A DNA stretch of 64,000 bases from Bacteroidales bacterium (GTDB lineage: Bacteria > Bacteroidota > Bacteroidia > Bacteroidales > VadinHA17). This document shows, piece after piece, positions 32,975 to 42,801 of this stretch (positions within the stretch are counted from its first letter, which is position 1; the number at the start of each line of letters is the position of its first letter). The notes beneath the pieces are model-generated. The model saw only the letters and a program-made list of their open reading frames with translations, was not told where the DNA came from and did no database searches. Both the position numbers and the translations under genes were made by a program. The stretch is taken from positions 14,999 to 78,998 of the forward strand of contig JBARBF010000042.1 in assembly GCA_049792755.1 (NCBI GenBank). Direction: 5' to 3'.

Positions 32975-34102
32975 ATGAATTTTTCTCAGATCCCCGGCCA
33001 AAAAGAGATTAAAGCAAAACTGCTACGGTCAGTCAAGGAAGAAAGAGTCAGCCATGCGCAGCTTTTTGCCGGACCCGAAGGATGTGGCAGTATGGCTCTG
33101 GCATTGGCATATGCGAGGTATATAAGTTGTGAAAACAGAACGGATTTTGACTCTTGCGGCACCTGCAAATCGTGTGTAAAATATGAGAAAATTATCCATC
33201 CTGATCTTCATTTTGTTTTTCCGGTTATTAAAGGAAAGAAAGCTTCAGATCCGGTTAGCGACAATTATTTAGTGGAGTGGAGAGAGTTCTTAAAGAGATC
33301 TCCTTATTTTTCTCTTAATAACTGGATGGATTCAATAGAAGTCGGTAATGCCCAGGGAATGATATTTGCTTCGGAAGCTTCTGAAATAATAAAAAAACTG
33401 AGCCTTAAGACTTTCGAATCAGACTTTAAGATAATGATAATCTGGCTCCCTGAAAAAATGCATCAGGCAACTGCCAATAAACTTCTTAAGATGATCGAGG
33501 AGCCGCCGGAAAAAACTCTGTTTCTCCTGGTATCTGATGAGCCCGATAAGGTTATACCTACTATCCTTTCAAGATGTCAGCTTGTAAAAATCCCATCCTT
33601 CAAAAGTAGTGATATAGAGAAATATCTGTTCGAAAGGTTTAAGATAGCAGGGGAAAAAGCTGAAGATATATCGCGTGTTTCAAACGGAAATATTACAAGG
33701 GCAATTGAGCTTTGTGAAAATGAAGATTCTTCTCTGGCGAATCTGGAACGTTTTAAAAGTCTGATGAGGTTTGCCTGGAAACGCGACATCCTTTCAATCA
33801 TTAACTGGTCTGAAGAGATTGCAACCACAGGCAGGGAAGCTCAGAAAAACTTTATCTCCTTTTCCATGAGGATTCTTCGGGAAAACCTTATGCTGTCTCT
33901 CGATCAGCAGAAAAACAGTCTTGTTTTCCTTACAGGAGAAGAGGCGACTTTCTCAGGTAATTTCCACCCTTTCATAAATGAGAACAATATATATCCGCTT
34001 ATAGAAGAGTTCAACCTTGTATATTCCCATATTGAGTCGAACGGAAATGCAAAAATAATCTTCCTTGACCTTGCCCTAAAAGTTATCAGGCTTATCCGCT
34101 GA
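32975..34102 (+). CDS. holB: DNA polymerase III subunit delta'
   Basis: 375 aa with HAQLFAGPEGCGS, a CxxC zinc module (SCGTCKSC), and the ILSRCQ sensor motif. Confidence 0.8.
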   Translation: MNFSQIPGQKEIKAKLLRSVKEERVSHAQLFAGPEGCGSMALALAYARYISCENRTDFDSCGTCKSCVKYEKIIHPDLHFVFPVIKGKKASDPVSDNYLVEWREFLKRSPYFSLNNWMDSIEVGNAQGMIFASEASEIIKKLSLKTFESDFKIMIIWLPEKMHQATANKLLKMIEEPPEKTLFLLVSDEPDKVIPTILSRCQLVKIPSFKSSDIEKYLFERFKIAGEKAEDISRVSNGNITRAIELCENEDSSLANLERFKSLMRFAWKRDILSIINWSEEIATTGREAQKNFISFSMRILRENLMLSLDQQKNSLVFLTGEEATFSGNFHPFINENNIYPLIEEFNLVYSHIESNGNAKIIFLDLALKVIRLIR

Positions 34103-34176
34103 TCATTATATCGAATATTGAAATTGATTCATTTATTCATTACTTTTGCGAAATAATTTCGAATCTTAAATATTTT

Positions 34177-35328
34177 ATGACAGATAATGAAGATATTCAG
34201 GGGAAAACCGGTGAAGAGATCCGGATGCCTGATATAACATATAAGCCCGGATATAATAAGCTGGACTCTTTCAATTGGCTGAAAGATCTGCCTGAAACTC
34301 CTGACTTGAATGACATAGTTGAGATCCGATTCAAAAATACCAGAAAAGGATTTTTCAGGAATGTGAACGGGTTAAGGCTTGAGATAGGCGATGTGGTCGC
34401 AGTTGAGGCATCTCCGGGTCATGATATTGGAAGAGTTTCGATGGTTGGACACCTGGTAGAAGAACAGCTAAAGAGGCTCAAGGCACATCCATCTCCTGAT
34501 GATCTGAAAAAAGTTTACCGTAAAGCAAAGGAGGTTGACATTCAGAAATGGGAGGAGGCAAAGAAGCTGGAGACTCCCACAATGTTGCGTTCAAGGAAGA
34601 TTTCTGAAGAACTCAAACTTAATATGAAGATCGGGGATGTTGAATATCAGGGAGATAAGACAAAAGCTATTTTTTATTACATTGCCGACGAGAGAGTTGA
34701 TTTCCGCCAGCTTATCAAAGTCCTTGCCGATGAATTCAGGGTTAGAATTGAGATGCGCCAGATAGGTGCGCGCCAGGAAGCGGGAAGAATTGGAGGAATA
34801 GGGTCATGCGGAAGGGAATTGTGCTGTGCAACACATATAACTAATTTTATTTCAGTTACAACAACTCATGCTAAATATCAGGAATTATCGCTGAATCCAC
34901 AAAAACTGGCAGGGCAATGCAGTAAACTTAAATGTTGCCTGAATTTTGAATTAGATTGTTATGTTGATGCGCAAAGATCATTCCCGCCAAGAGATATTCC
35001 GCTTGAAGCTATTGACTGTACAGGCTATTTCCAGAAACTTGAAGTTCATAAAGGTCTGTACTGGTATTCGACGGATCCCCATTCAAATGCAAACCTATTC
35101 GCACTTCCGGTGCAGAGAGTCAGAGAAATTCAGACTATTAACAAAAAAGGAAAGAAAGTCGACAAACTTAAACTGGTAGACGAATCCTGGGAAGTAACAC
35201 CTGTTTCTCAGGACTTGTTAGAGAATAACAGCCTCACCAGGTTCGACCCTCCTGATAATAAAAGTCAACAGAACAAGAGTACACACAAAAGAAAAAACAG
35301 GAGATTCAATGATAAAAGGAATAAATAG
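34177..35328 (+). CDS. PSP1 domain protein (RicT/YaaT-like)
   Basis: 383 aa with the Cys-rich PSP1 C-terminal pattern (GSCGRELCCATH...CSKLKCCLNFE) and a basic tail. Confidence 0.8.
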   Translation: MTDNEDIQGKTGEEIRMPDITYKPGYNKLDSFNWLKDLPETPDLNDIVEIRFKNTRKGFFRNVNGLRLEIGDVVAVEASPGHDIGRVSMVGHLVEEQLKRLKAHPSPDDLKKVYRKAKEVDIQKWEEAKKLETPTMLRSRKISEELKLNMKIGDVEYQGDKTKAIFYYIADERVDFRQLIKVLADEFRVRIEMRQIGARQEAGRIGGIGSCGRELCCATHITNFISVTTTHAKYQELSLNPQKLAGQCSKLKCCLNFELDCYVDAQRSFPPRDIPLEAIDCTGYFQKLEVHKGLYWYSTDPHSNANLFALPVQRVREIQTINKKGKKVDKLKLVDESWEVTPVSQDLLENNSLTRFDPPDNKSQQNKSTHKRKNRRFNDKRNK

Positions 35329-35791
35329 ATTTTCATTCATTTTTATAATGACATCTTTATTATTACTATTATCATGCAACAGTAAAGTAGTTTATACAAA
35401 TTCACGGGCATTTGCTGACGAGACCTGGAAACTGATGGATATCTCAACCTTTAAAGTTCCGATAACAGATACGGTTAACAGCAATAATGTCGTCTTTACT
35501 ATCAGAAACGGAGCCTCATACCCATTTCGTAATATTTATCTCTTTGTGACCACAACATCCCCTGATGGGAAAAAAATTACTGATACTCTTCAGTACAACC
35601 TTGCTGATGAAAAAGGAAAGTGGTATGGCAGGGGATTTGGAGATATACATGAACTAAATCTTCCTTATAAATCAAATGTCTATTTCCCCTTAAAAGGAAC
35701 ATACGAGTTTAAGATTCAACATGGTATGCGCATTGAAAATCTTAAAGGTGTTTATGATTTCGGATTGAGAATAGAAAAGATCGGAAAATAA
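35309..35791 (+). CDS. gldH: gliding motility/T9SS-associated lipoprotein GldH
   Basis: 160-aa lipoprotein (LLLLLSCNS). The FTIRNGASYPFRNIYLFV pattern and the holB-PSP1-gldH neighbourhood are recalled from Bacteroidota genomes. Confidence 0.7.
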   Translation: MIKGINRFSFIFIMTSLLLLLSCNSKVVYTNSRAFADETWKLMDISTFKVPITDTVNSNNVVFTIRNGASYPFRNIYLFVTTTSPDGKKITDTLQYNLADEKGKWYGRGFGDIHELNLPYKSNVYFPLKGTYEFKIQHGMRIENLKGVYDFGLRIEKIGK

Positions 35792-35801
35792 ATCTCTGCA
35801 G

Positions 35802-36497
35802 GTGGGAAAGAATAAACTGGCCAGATGGACGGAGCTGGGATCATACAAGAATGTCATTCAACCGGAAATAGAGGATATTTCAGATAAAGATCATCCTATA
35901 AAAGGGAGATGGAATAAAGACCTCTTTAAAAATGAAAATCCTATTGTTCTTGAGCTCGGATGCGGTAAAGGAGAATATACTGTCGGCCTGGCCAATAATT
36001 TCCCTTATAACAATTACATAGGAATTGACATTAAGGGAGCCCGAATGTGGAGGGGAGCCAAAACTGCCAATGAACAGAAGTTGACTAATGTAGCTTTTCT
36101 TCGTACCAGAATTGAATTCATTAATTCCTTTTTTTCTGAAGATGAGGTTAACGAGATCTGGATTACTTTTCCCGATCCTCATACCGGCGTCAGAAACTCA
36201 AATAAGAGACTTACATCTCCGTGGTTCCTGAATTCCTACAGTCATTTCCTAAAAGATAAGGGATTAATTCATCTTAAAACCGACAACAAAGAACTTTACG
36301 ATTTCACTTCTGAAGTTTTAAGTCGTAATAATCTTGAAACCATCATCTCAACAAATGATCTGTACTCGGAAAATATTGATAATATTCTTTCAATCAGGAC
36401 CCATTATGAAAAGATTTTTCTGGATGCTGGTCTAAAAATCAATTTCCTCTCTTTCAGACTGGATAAACTCAAAATTATTGAAAATGTCTCAGCTTAA
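35802..36497 (+). CDS. trmB: tRNA (guanine46-N7)-methyltransferase
   Basis: 231 aa with an LELGCGKGEY SAM motif and the FPDPH motif. Start codon is GTG. Confidence 0.85.
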   Translation: MGKNKLARWTELGSYKNVIQPEIEDISDKDHPIKGRWNKDLFKNENPIVLELGCGKGEYTVGLANNFPYNNYIGIDIKGARMWRGAKTANEQKLTNVAFLRTRIEFINSFFSEDEVNEIWITFPDPHTGVRNSNKRLTSPWFLNSYSHFLKDKGLIHLKTDNKELYDFTSEVLSRNNLETIISTNDLYSENIDNILSIRTHYEKIFLDAGLKINFLSFRLDKLKIIENVSA

Positions 36498-36831
36498 GAT
36501 AAAAGTGAGTGACGACTTTTTCTCAAAAGTATATGCGGTGACAAAGAGTATACCATACGGAAGGATAACCTCATATGGGGCCATTGCCCGCTATCTGGGT
36601 TCCGGCAGATCGGCCCGGATGGTCGGTTGGGCTCTTAATGTAAGCCACAGCAATCGGGAATTTATACCAGCTCACAGGGTAGTGAACCGTAATGGCATTC
36701 TATCAGGCAAACATCATTTCGGTAATTCGACAACTATGGAACAACTTCTCAAAAATGAGGGCATAATAGTGGAAAATGACCGGATTATCAATTTCAGGGA
36801 AAAGTTCTGGGACCCTGGGAAAGAACTTTAA
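36478..36831 (+). CDS. MGMT-family DNA-binding protein lacking the acceptor cysteine (alkyltransferase-like, ATL)
   Basis: 117 aa. The helix-turn-helix/Asn-hinge region is conserved, but the active-site PCHR reads PAHR (Ala codon at 36670-36672). Confidence 0.8.
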   Translation: MKMSQLKIKVSDDFFSKVYAVTKSIPYGRITSYGAIARYLGSGRSARMVGWALNVSHSNREFIPAHRVVNRNGILSGKHHFGNSTTMEQLLKNEGIIVENDRIINFREKFWDPGKEL

Positions 36832-36863
36832 TAAGTTTAGGTTACAGATTAATCTCTTTCGTT

Positions 36864-37038
36864 AACCCCCTTTTCATTCCCCCCAAGGGGGGAAAAATCC
36901 TTTCTATTTTAGTATAATTTGCCTAAATACCAGAGTATTATCGCCCCTCTGGGGGAGATGTCAGCGAAGCTGACAGAGGGGTTCTACTCCCCAAACGGAT
37001 TCCTTTGGGGGAGATTCCACGAAGCGGCAGAGGGGGTT
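36864..37038. repeat. ~175-nt compound C-run/G-run multi-hairpin element closed by an outer stem
   Basis: The outer stem is AACCCCCT (36864-36871) with AGGGGGTT (37031-37038). Inner hairpins lie at 36877-36894, 36944-36981 (with GCGAAGC at 36964-36970) and 36987-37013. Confidence 0.7.
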
Positions 37039-37150
37039 TAAATCACAAAAAAAATCTTTAATTGGTTTTTTATATTTTGCATTTTGACAAAAAACCAGTA
37101 AACTTGCACCTTGTTTATATTTAAATCAAATAAAAATAACAATAAATAAC

Positions 37151-38257
37151 TTGGTATTTCCAAAAGATCAGATATTAAAAGCTCTTTCCAGGGTTATTCA
37201 TCCCGAAAAAAAGAAAGATATAGTTACTCTGGGGATGGTCTCGGAAGTAGATTCGGGAGAAAATGGAATATCTGTCACACTTACTCCGGAAAAATCGAAC
37301 GATCCTTTCATTTCATCTGTTAAGAGCACAATTGTAAAGACTATAAAAGAGGTATTGGGACCCGATATGATAATTAACGAGATTAAAGTCCAGCCCAGGG
37401 TTATAGTAGGAAAAGTTCAGGAAAAAACTTCGGATGTGTTACCAGGAGTGTTAAATATAATTGCTGTAGCCTCTGGAAAGGGTGGGGTCGGCAAGACGAC
37501 AATAGCCGTAAACCTGGCTATTTCCCTCGCAAGAATGGGGTACAGGGTCGGACTGCTTGATGCAGACATCTTTGGACCATCGGTTCCAAAAATGTTTAAT
37601 GAAGAAAAATTCAGACCTGAAGTAAAGAGAGATGAGCATGGTGATCATATTATCCCGTTAATTAAATTTGGTGTCAAAGTACTCTCAACAGGTTTTTTTG
37701 TTGATCCTTCGGATGCAGTTATCTGGCGCGGGCCCATGGCTTCCAACTTCCTTAAACAATTGATAATACAGGGTGAATGGGGTCAACTCGATTATCTGCT
37801 TGTTGATTTACCTCCAGGCACCAGCGATATTCATCTGACTCTTGTTCAGGAGGTTCCTGTTACCGGGGCTATTATAATCAGCACACCGCAGGAGGTTGCT
37901 CTTGCTGATGCAGTAAAAGGGATTTCAATGTTCAGAAGCGATAAAATAGATGTACAGGTTCTTGGATTGGTCGAAAACATGTCGTGGTTTACACCCGCGG
38001 AACTCCCTGAGAACAGATATTACATTTTCGGGAAAGAAGGTTGCAGAAAACTTGCTGAAAAAATGAATGTGCCTCTGCTTGGACAGATTCCTCTGGTGCA
38101 GAGCATTTGTGAAAGCAGCGATAACGGGCAGCCTGCAGCCCTGGATGATTCAATTGTTGGGAATGCTTTTATGACACTTGCAAAAGAACTTGACAAAAGA
38201 GTCATCCAAAGAAATAAAGAGCTGAGACCAACCGTTAAACTTCAGATTACTAAATAA
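37151..38257 (+). CDS. apbC: Mrp/NBP35 family Fe-S cluster carrier ATPase
   Basis: 368 aa with an N-terminal MIP18-like domain and the deviant Walker A SGKGGVGKTT. Start codon is TTG as given in the ORF track. Confidence 0.9.
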   Translation: MVFPKDQILKALSRVIHPEKKKDIVTLGMVSEVDSGENGISVTLTPEKSNDPFISSVKSTIVKTIKEVLGPDMIINEIKVQPRVIVGKVQEKTSDVLPGVLNIIAVASGKGGVGKTTIAVNLAISLARMGYRVGLLDADIFGPSVPKMFNEEKFRPEVKRDEHGDHIIPLIKFGVKVLSTGFFVDPSDAVIWRGPMASNFLKQLIIQGEWGQLDYLLVDLPPGTSDIHLTLVQEVPVTGAIIISTPQEVALADAVKGISMFRSDKIDVQVLGLVENMSWFTPAELPENRYYIFGKEGCRKLAEKMNVPLLGQIPLVQSICESSDNGQPAALDDSIVGNAFMTLAKELDKRVIQRNKELRPTVKLQITK

Positions 38258-38270
38258 ATTTGCCAAATAT

Positions 38271-38510
38271 ATGACAGACACTACAAGTATTAAAGACCGC
38301 GTCCTTAAAGCGCTTGAAAGAGTAAGACCTTATCTTCAGTCTGATGGCGGAGATATTGAATTCATAAATGTTTCAGAGGATATGACAGTGAAAGTTAAAC
38401 TTACCGGAGCATGTCATGGTTGTCCTTACAGTTTGCAGACATTAAAGGCAGGAGTTGAACAGGCAATTATGAAGGAAGTACCCGAAATAAAGAGAGTTAT
38501 TTCAGCCTGA
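38271..38510 (+). CDS. NifU-like Fe-S cluster scaffold domain protein
   Basis: 79 aa with the GDIEF...GACHGCPYS motif of the NifU C-terminal domain. Confidence 0.85.
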   Translation: MTDTTSIKDRVLKALERVRPYLQSDGGDIEFINVSEDMTVKVKLTGACHGCPYSLQTLKAGVEQAIMKEVPEIKRVISA

Positions 38511-38590
38511 GAAAACACATCCGCTCAATTTTATTTACCTTTGAGATACTATACACAAAATTAGTTAGTTATAGTATTAAAAGTCATCTA

Positions 38591-41245
38591 TTGGCTTCAG
38601 ACAAAATATCATATAAATATCTGGTGTTATTGGGGTTAGCCCTGATACTTACTTACTGTTCGGTCGAAAAAAACACCGGCTCAAGCAGGTTTTATCAGAG
38701 CCTGACTTCGAGATATAATATCTATTTTAATGGGAATGAGAGTTTTAAAGCAGGCCTGAATAAAATATCAAAGGGTTATCAGGATGACTATGCAGAGTTA
38801 TTGAGAGTATTCGAATACAGTGATCCTTCAACTGCCTCTCTTTGTTCCTCCGATATGGAAAGGGCAATACAGAAAGCTTCAAAACTTATTTCTCTTAAAT
38901 CCATAACTGCAAAACCGGAATTCAAGGATATGAATGATCTCTCTGAAAAGGATAAAAAACTCCTGGAAAAGAAAGAATATAATGATTGGGTTGACGACAG
39001 TTATCTGTTAATTGGCAAATCAAGGTTCTATAAACATGAGTACAATTCAGCCACCTCAGTATTCAACTACTGTATAACAGATGCAAACGATTCGTTAATC
39101 AAGACCGAGGCTGTTATATGGCTGGCCAGAATATATAACGAAACCGGCAATTACAGTGAGTCATACAGATTAATCAATGGTATAGATATTACAACGGATA
39201 TTTCAAAGTCGCTAAGATCAATGTACTATACGACACTGGCAGATCTGTTCATCAAACAAAAAAGATACTCTGAAGCAATTGATCCCCTTGGAAAATCAAT
39301 TGAGATTGTTTCAGGCAAAAGGACCAGATACAGACTTACATATCTGCTAGCTCAGTTATATGAGAAAACAGGAGATGGAACCAGGGCTACATCACTATAC
39401 AGACAGGTTGTTAATATGAACCCACCTTATGATGTTGAATTTAATGCCAGAATAAACATAGCCGGTGTTTTTGATATTAATTCCGGTAATCCGAAGGAAA
39501 TAAGAAGGGAGCTTGAAAGAATGTTGAATGATTCTAAAAACAAGGAGTATCAGGATCAGATTTACTTTGCGCTTGGTAACATATCGATGAAAGAGCAGAA
39601 GGAGTCGGAAGCCCTTGGATACTATAGAAAATCTGCAGTTGCAAGATCACAGAATCAGAATCAGAAAGGCAGGTCTTACCTTGCTCTTGCAGGTTATTTC
39701 TTAAAGAAACAAGATTATATAAAGGCAGGAACCTACTATGATAGCGCTGTTTTTTTTCTGAATCAGAAATATCCCGATTATCTGACAATAAAAACCAAAT
39801 CACAAGACCTTAATGCCCTTGTCTCCCAATTGAAAATAGTTCAGCGTGAGGACAGCCTTCAAAAGGTTGCCAGAATGACTGAACCTGAGAGAAATGCTTT
39901 GATTGCATCAATAATAGCAAAGGCCGTTAAAGACAAAACTGAAGCCAGAAACACGGCTAATACAGACAGGTACAATCTTGGAGAATACTATGAGAATGAA
40001 AGACGGGCTCAGGGGAATATAGATCAGGAGGGCAAATGGTATTTTTATAATCAGACAGCATTGACATTTGGCCGTACTGAATTTCATAAACGGTGGGGCG
40101 ACAGAAAACTTGAAGACAACTGGAGAAGGTCAAACAAAGCGAGAGTAAATAATACGCAGGCTTCCAATAATCCTAATGAAGCTGCTCAGCATGTATCTGA
40201 CACACTGTCAGCCGAAACCGATTTTAAGAAACCTCAATTCTATTTAAAAAACCTGCCGTTAAAAGACTCTTTAATTATCATTTCCAACGAAAGAATAGCA
40301 AATGCTCTGCTAAATGCAGGTAAAGCATATGCTGAACGCATACCTGACATGGTCAGGGCGACTGAAACATTCGAGTCGCTTATTAACCGATTCCCTAACA
40401 ACGAACTTGTTCCTGAAACATTATATAATCTGTATAATGTCAACAAAGAAGGGAACAATGCAAAATCCGAAACTTACAGACAACGATTACTCCAAAAGTT
40501 TCCCGATAATGAGTTTGCCAGGATACTATCAGATCCTGCCTATTATGAGAAAAAAATTGCAGAACTGAAAATGGCTGAAAAAGTTTACGAAGATGCTTAT
40601 ACCGCATATAAAAACGAAAAATTCAACGATGTAATTTCTATCAGCAATGATGCACTTAAAAAATATCCTCAGGATCAGCTCGCTCCTAAATTTATGCTAA
40701 TACGGGCATACTCGGTGGGTAAAATTACCGATGAAAGAACTTTCAAGGAAGAACTTAAGAATCTTGTTGTTCTATGGCCTCAAACTGCCGAGAGCAAGAA
40801 AGCCGTTGAGATTATCGCATATCTCAACCAGAAGATGCCTGAACTTAAAGTTGAGGAAGATAAAAAAGTTGCTGCTGAGATTTATACCGCCGATACAACT
40901 TCAAATCATGTATTTGTTTTGATAATTACCGATCCTGCCTTTAATTTGAACCAGGCATCATTTGATGTAATCAGCTATAATATTGATAATTTTACAAATA
41001 AGAATTTCAAGTCTGCCGGAGCACTCATTGATAATAAATTTATTCAGATAATAGTATCTGGGTTTCATGATTATACCCAGGCAATGGATTATTACAATGC
41101 TTTCAAAACTGAAAAGGTTGTAAGAAATCCGACAGGCGCAAAAATGATGACATTTATAATAAGTGATAATAACCTCAAAGTCCTGAAAAACGATAAGGAT
41201 CCGGCACGTTATCAGCTTTTCTTCAAGGATAAATATTTGAAATGA
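38591..41245 (+). CDS. sprE: T9SS/gliding TPR lipoprotein SprE (PorW)
   Basis: 884 aa with a lipobox (LILTYCS), the conserved N-terminal SRFYQSLTSRYNIYFNG pattern, and TPR-rich length as in SprE/PorW. Confidence 0.75.
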   Translation: MASDKISYKYLVLLGLALILTYCSVEKNTGSSRFYQSLTSRYNIYFNGNESFKAGLNKISKGYQDDYAELLRVFEYSDPSTASLCSSDMERAIQKASKLISLKSITAKPEFKDMNDLSEKDKKLLEKKEYNDWVDDSYLLIGKSRFYKHEYNSATSVFNYCITDANDSLIKTEAVIWLARIYNETGNYSESYRLINGIDITTDISKSLRSMYYTTLADLFIKQKRYSEAIDPLGKSIEIVSGKRTRYRLTYLLAQLYEKTGDGTRATSLYRQVVNMNPPYDVEFNARINIAGVFDINSGNPKEIRRELERMLNDSKNKEYQDQIYFALGNISMKEQKESEALGYYRKSAVARSQNQNQKGRSYLALAGYFLKKQDYIKAGTYYDSAVFFLNQKYPDYLTIKTKSQDLNALVSQLKIVQREDSLQKVARMTEPERNALIASIIAKAVKDKTEARNTANTDRYNLGEYYENERRAQGNIDQEGKWYFYNQTALTFGRTEFHKRWGDRKLEDNWRRSNKARVNNTQASNNPNEAAQHVSDTLSAETDFKKPQFYLKNLPLKDSLIIISNERIANALLNAGKAYAERIPDMVRATETFESLINRFPNNELVPETLYNLYNVNKEGNNAKSETYRQRLLQKFPDNEFARILSDPAYYEKKIAELKMAEKVYEDAYTAYKNEKFNDVISISNDALKKYPQDQLAPKFMLIRAYSVGKITDERTFKEELKNLVVLWPQTAESKKAVEIIAYLNQKMPELKVEEDKKVAAEIYTADTTSNHVFVLIITDPAFNLNQASFDVISYNIDNFTNKNFKSAGALIDNKFIQIIVSGFHDYTQAMDYYNAFKTEKVVRNPTGAKMMTFIISDNNLKVLKNDKDPARYQLFFKDKYLK

Positions 41246-42795
41246 GGAAAATAAAAATACTTTGGACCGATGACGAGGTAGAGGCTCTCAAACCACATAT
41301 TTTTTTTCTTGAGGAAAAAGGTTATGAGATTGATACATGCTCAAATGGTAACGATACGATTGACCTTGTCAGGCAGAATCGTTATGATCTTATTTTTCTT
41401 GATGAAAACATGCCCGGATTAAGCGGAATGGAGACGTTAAAGCTGATAAAGGAGGTAAGGACCGATATTCCTGTTGTTATGATCACCAAAAGTGATGAAG
41501 AAGATATAATGGAAGCAGCAATAGGATCAGAAATTGCTGATTATCTGATTAAACCTGTAAAACCAAAACAGGTACTTCTTGCAATAAAAAAGATTCTCGA
41601 TCAGCGACGCCTTATAACAGAAAAGACTACCATTGATTACAGACTGGAATTCAATCGGATCAGCAGTTTGATCTCTTCGGCCACAACTTTTACTGACTGG
41701 TCTGAATTATATAAAAAATTAGTCTTCTGGGAATCTGAACTTGAAAAATCCACTGATCCGGGGATGACTGAAATACTTAAACTGCAGCTGAACGAGGCAA
41801 ATAATTCATTTTCGAAATTCATCACCGGTAATTATCTCGATTGGTTAAAGCCTGAATGTACTGACAAACCGTTGCTTTCCCCTGCCCTTTTTTCGCAGAA
41901 GATTTTTCCCCGGGTAGATCAAAACAGTCCGCTTTTTTTTATCCTTATAGATAACATGAGGTATGACCAGTGGAAAACAATTTCTGCAGAGTTGTCGGGG
42001 TTGTACAGGATCATTGAAGAAGATCTTTATTACAGTATTCTGCCAACTTCGACCCAGTTCAGCAGGAACGCTCTTTTTGCAGGACTGATGCCTTCAGCAA
42101 TTGCAAACCTTATGCCAGATCTATGGATAAACGATGATGAGGAGGTAGGAAAAAACAATTCTGAAGAAGAATTATTCAGAGCCCAGTTGAAGCGTAAAGG
42201 GCTAAATTACAAATGGTCCTATACAAAAGTAAGCAGCAGCCTTGAAGGTAAAAAAGTAAACGATAAAGTAAGGTCACTGCTTGAAAATGACCTCAATATA
42301 CTTGTTTTCAATTTTGTTGATATGCTGTCGCATGCCAGAACCGAGATTAGCATGATCCGCGACCTCGCTAGCGAAGAGCCGGCATACAGGAGTCTGACCC
42401 GTTCCTGGTTCATTCATTCATCTTTGTTTGAATTACTAAAAACAATTGCCTCACATCCGGTTAAAGTAGTATTCAGCACTGACCATGGTACAATAAGAGT
42501 ACAAAATCCTATTAAAATCATTGGGGACAGGAAAACATCACCTAATCTCAGGTATAAAATGGGCAGAAACCTGGATTATGATCCAAAAAAAGTTTTTGAA
42601 CTGATCAGTCCCGAAAAAGCTATGCTGCCAAAAACTAATTTAAGCTCAAGATACATTTTCGCCATGAATCAGGACTTTCTTGTCTACCAGAACAACTACA
42701 ACCATTATGCCACTTATTATAAGGATACCTTTCAACATGGCGGTATTTCGATGCAGGAGATAATGATACCTGTTGCATATCTTGAACCTGTATAG
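41242..42795 (+). CDS. porX: T9SS response regulator PorX (REC + PglZ/alkaline-phosphatase-like domain)
   Basis: 517 aa. The N-terminal REC domain (ILWTDDE...FLDENMPGLSG) is followed by a PglZ-like domain. The ATGA overlaps the sprE stop. Confidence 0.8.
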   Translation: MRKIKILWTDDEVEALKPHIFFLEEKGYEIDTCSNGNDTIDLVRQNRYDLIFLDENMPGLSGMETLKLIKEVRTDIPVVMITKSDEEDIMEAAIGSEIADYLIKPVKPKQVLLAIKKILDQRRLITEKTTIDYRLEFNRISSLISSATTFTDWSELYKKLVFWESELEKSTDPGMTEILKLQLNEANNSFSKFITGNYLDWLKPECTDKPLLSPALFSQKIFPRVDQNSPLFFILIDNMRYDQWKTISAELSGLYRIIEEDLYYSILPTSTQFSRNALFAGLMPSAIANLMPDLWINDDEEVGKNNSEEELFRAQLKRKGLNYKWSYTKVSSSLEGKKVNDKVRSLLENDLNILVFNFVDMLSHARTEISMIRDLASEEPAYRSLTRSWFIHSSLFELLKTIASHPVKVVFSTDHGTIRVQNPIKIIGDRKTSPNLRYKMGRNLDYDPKKVFELISPEKAMLPKTNLSSRYIFAMNQDFLVYQNNYNHYATYYKDTFQHGGISMQEIMIPVAYLEPV

Positions 42796-42801
42796 CACTA
42801 T

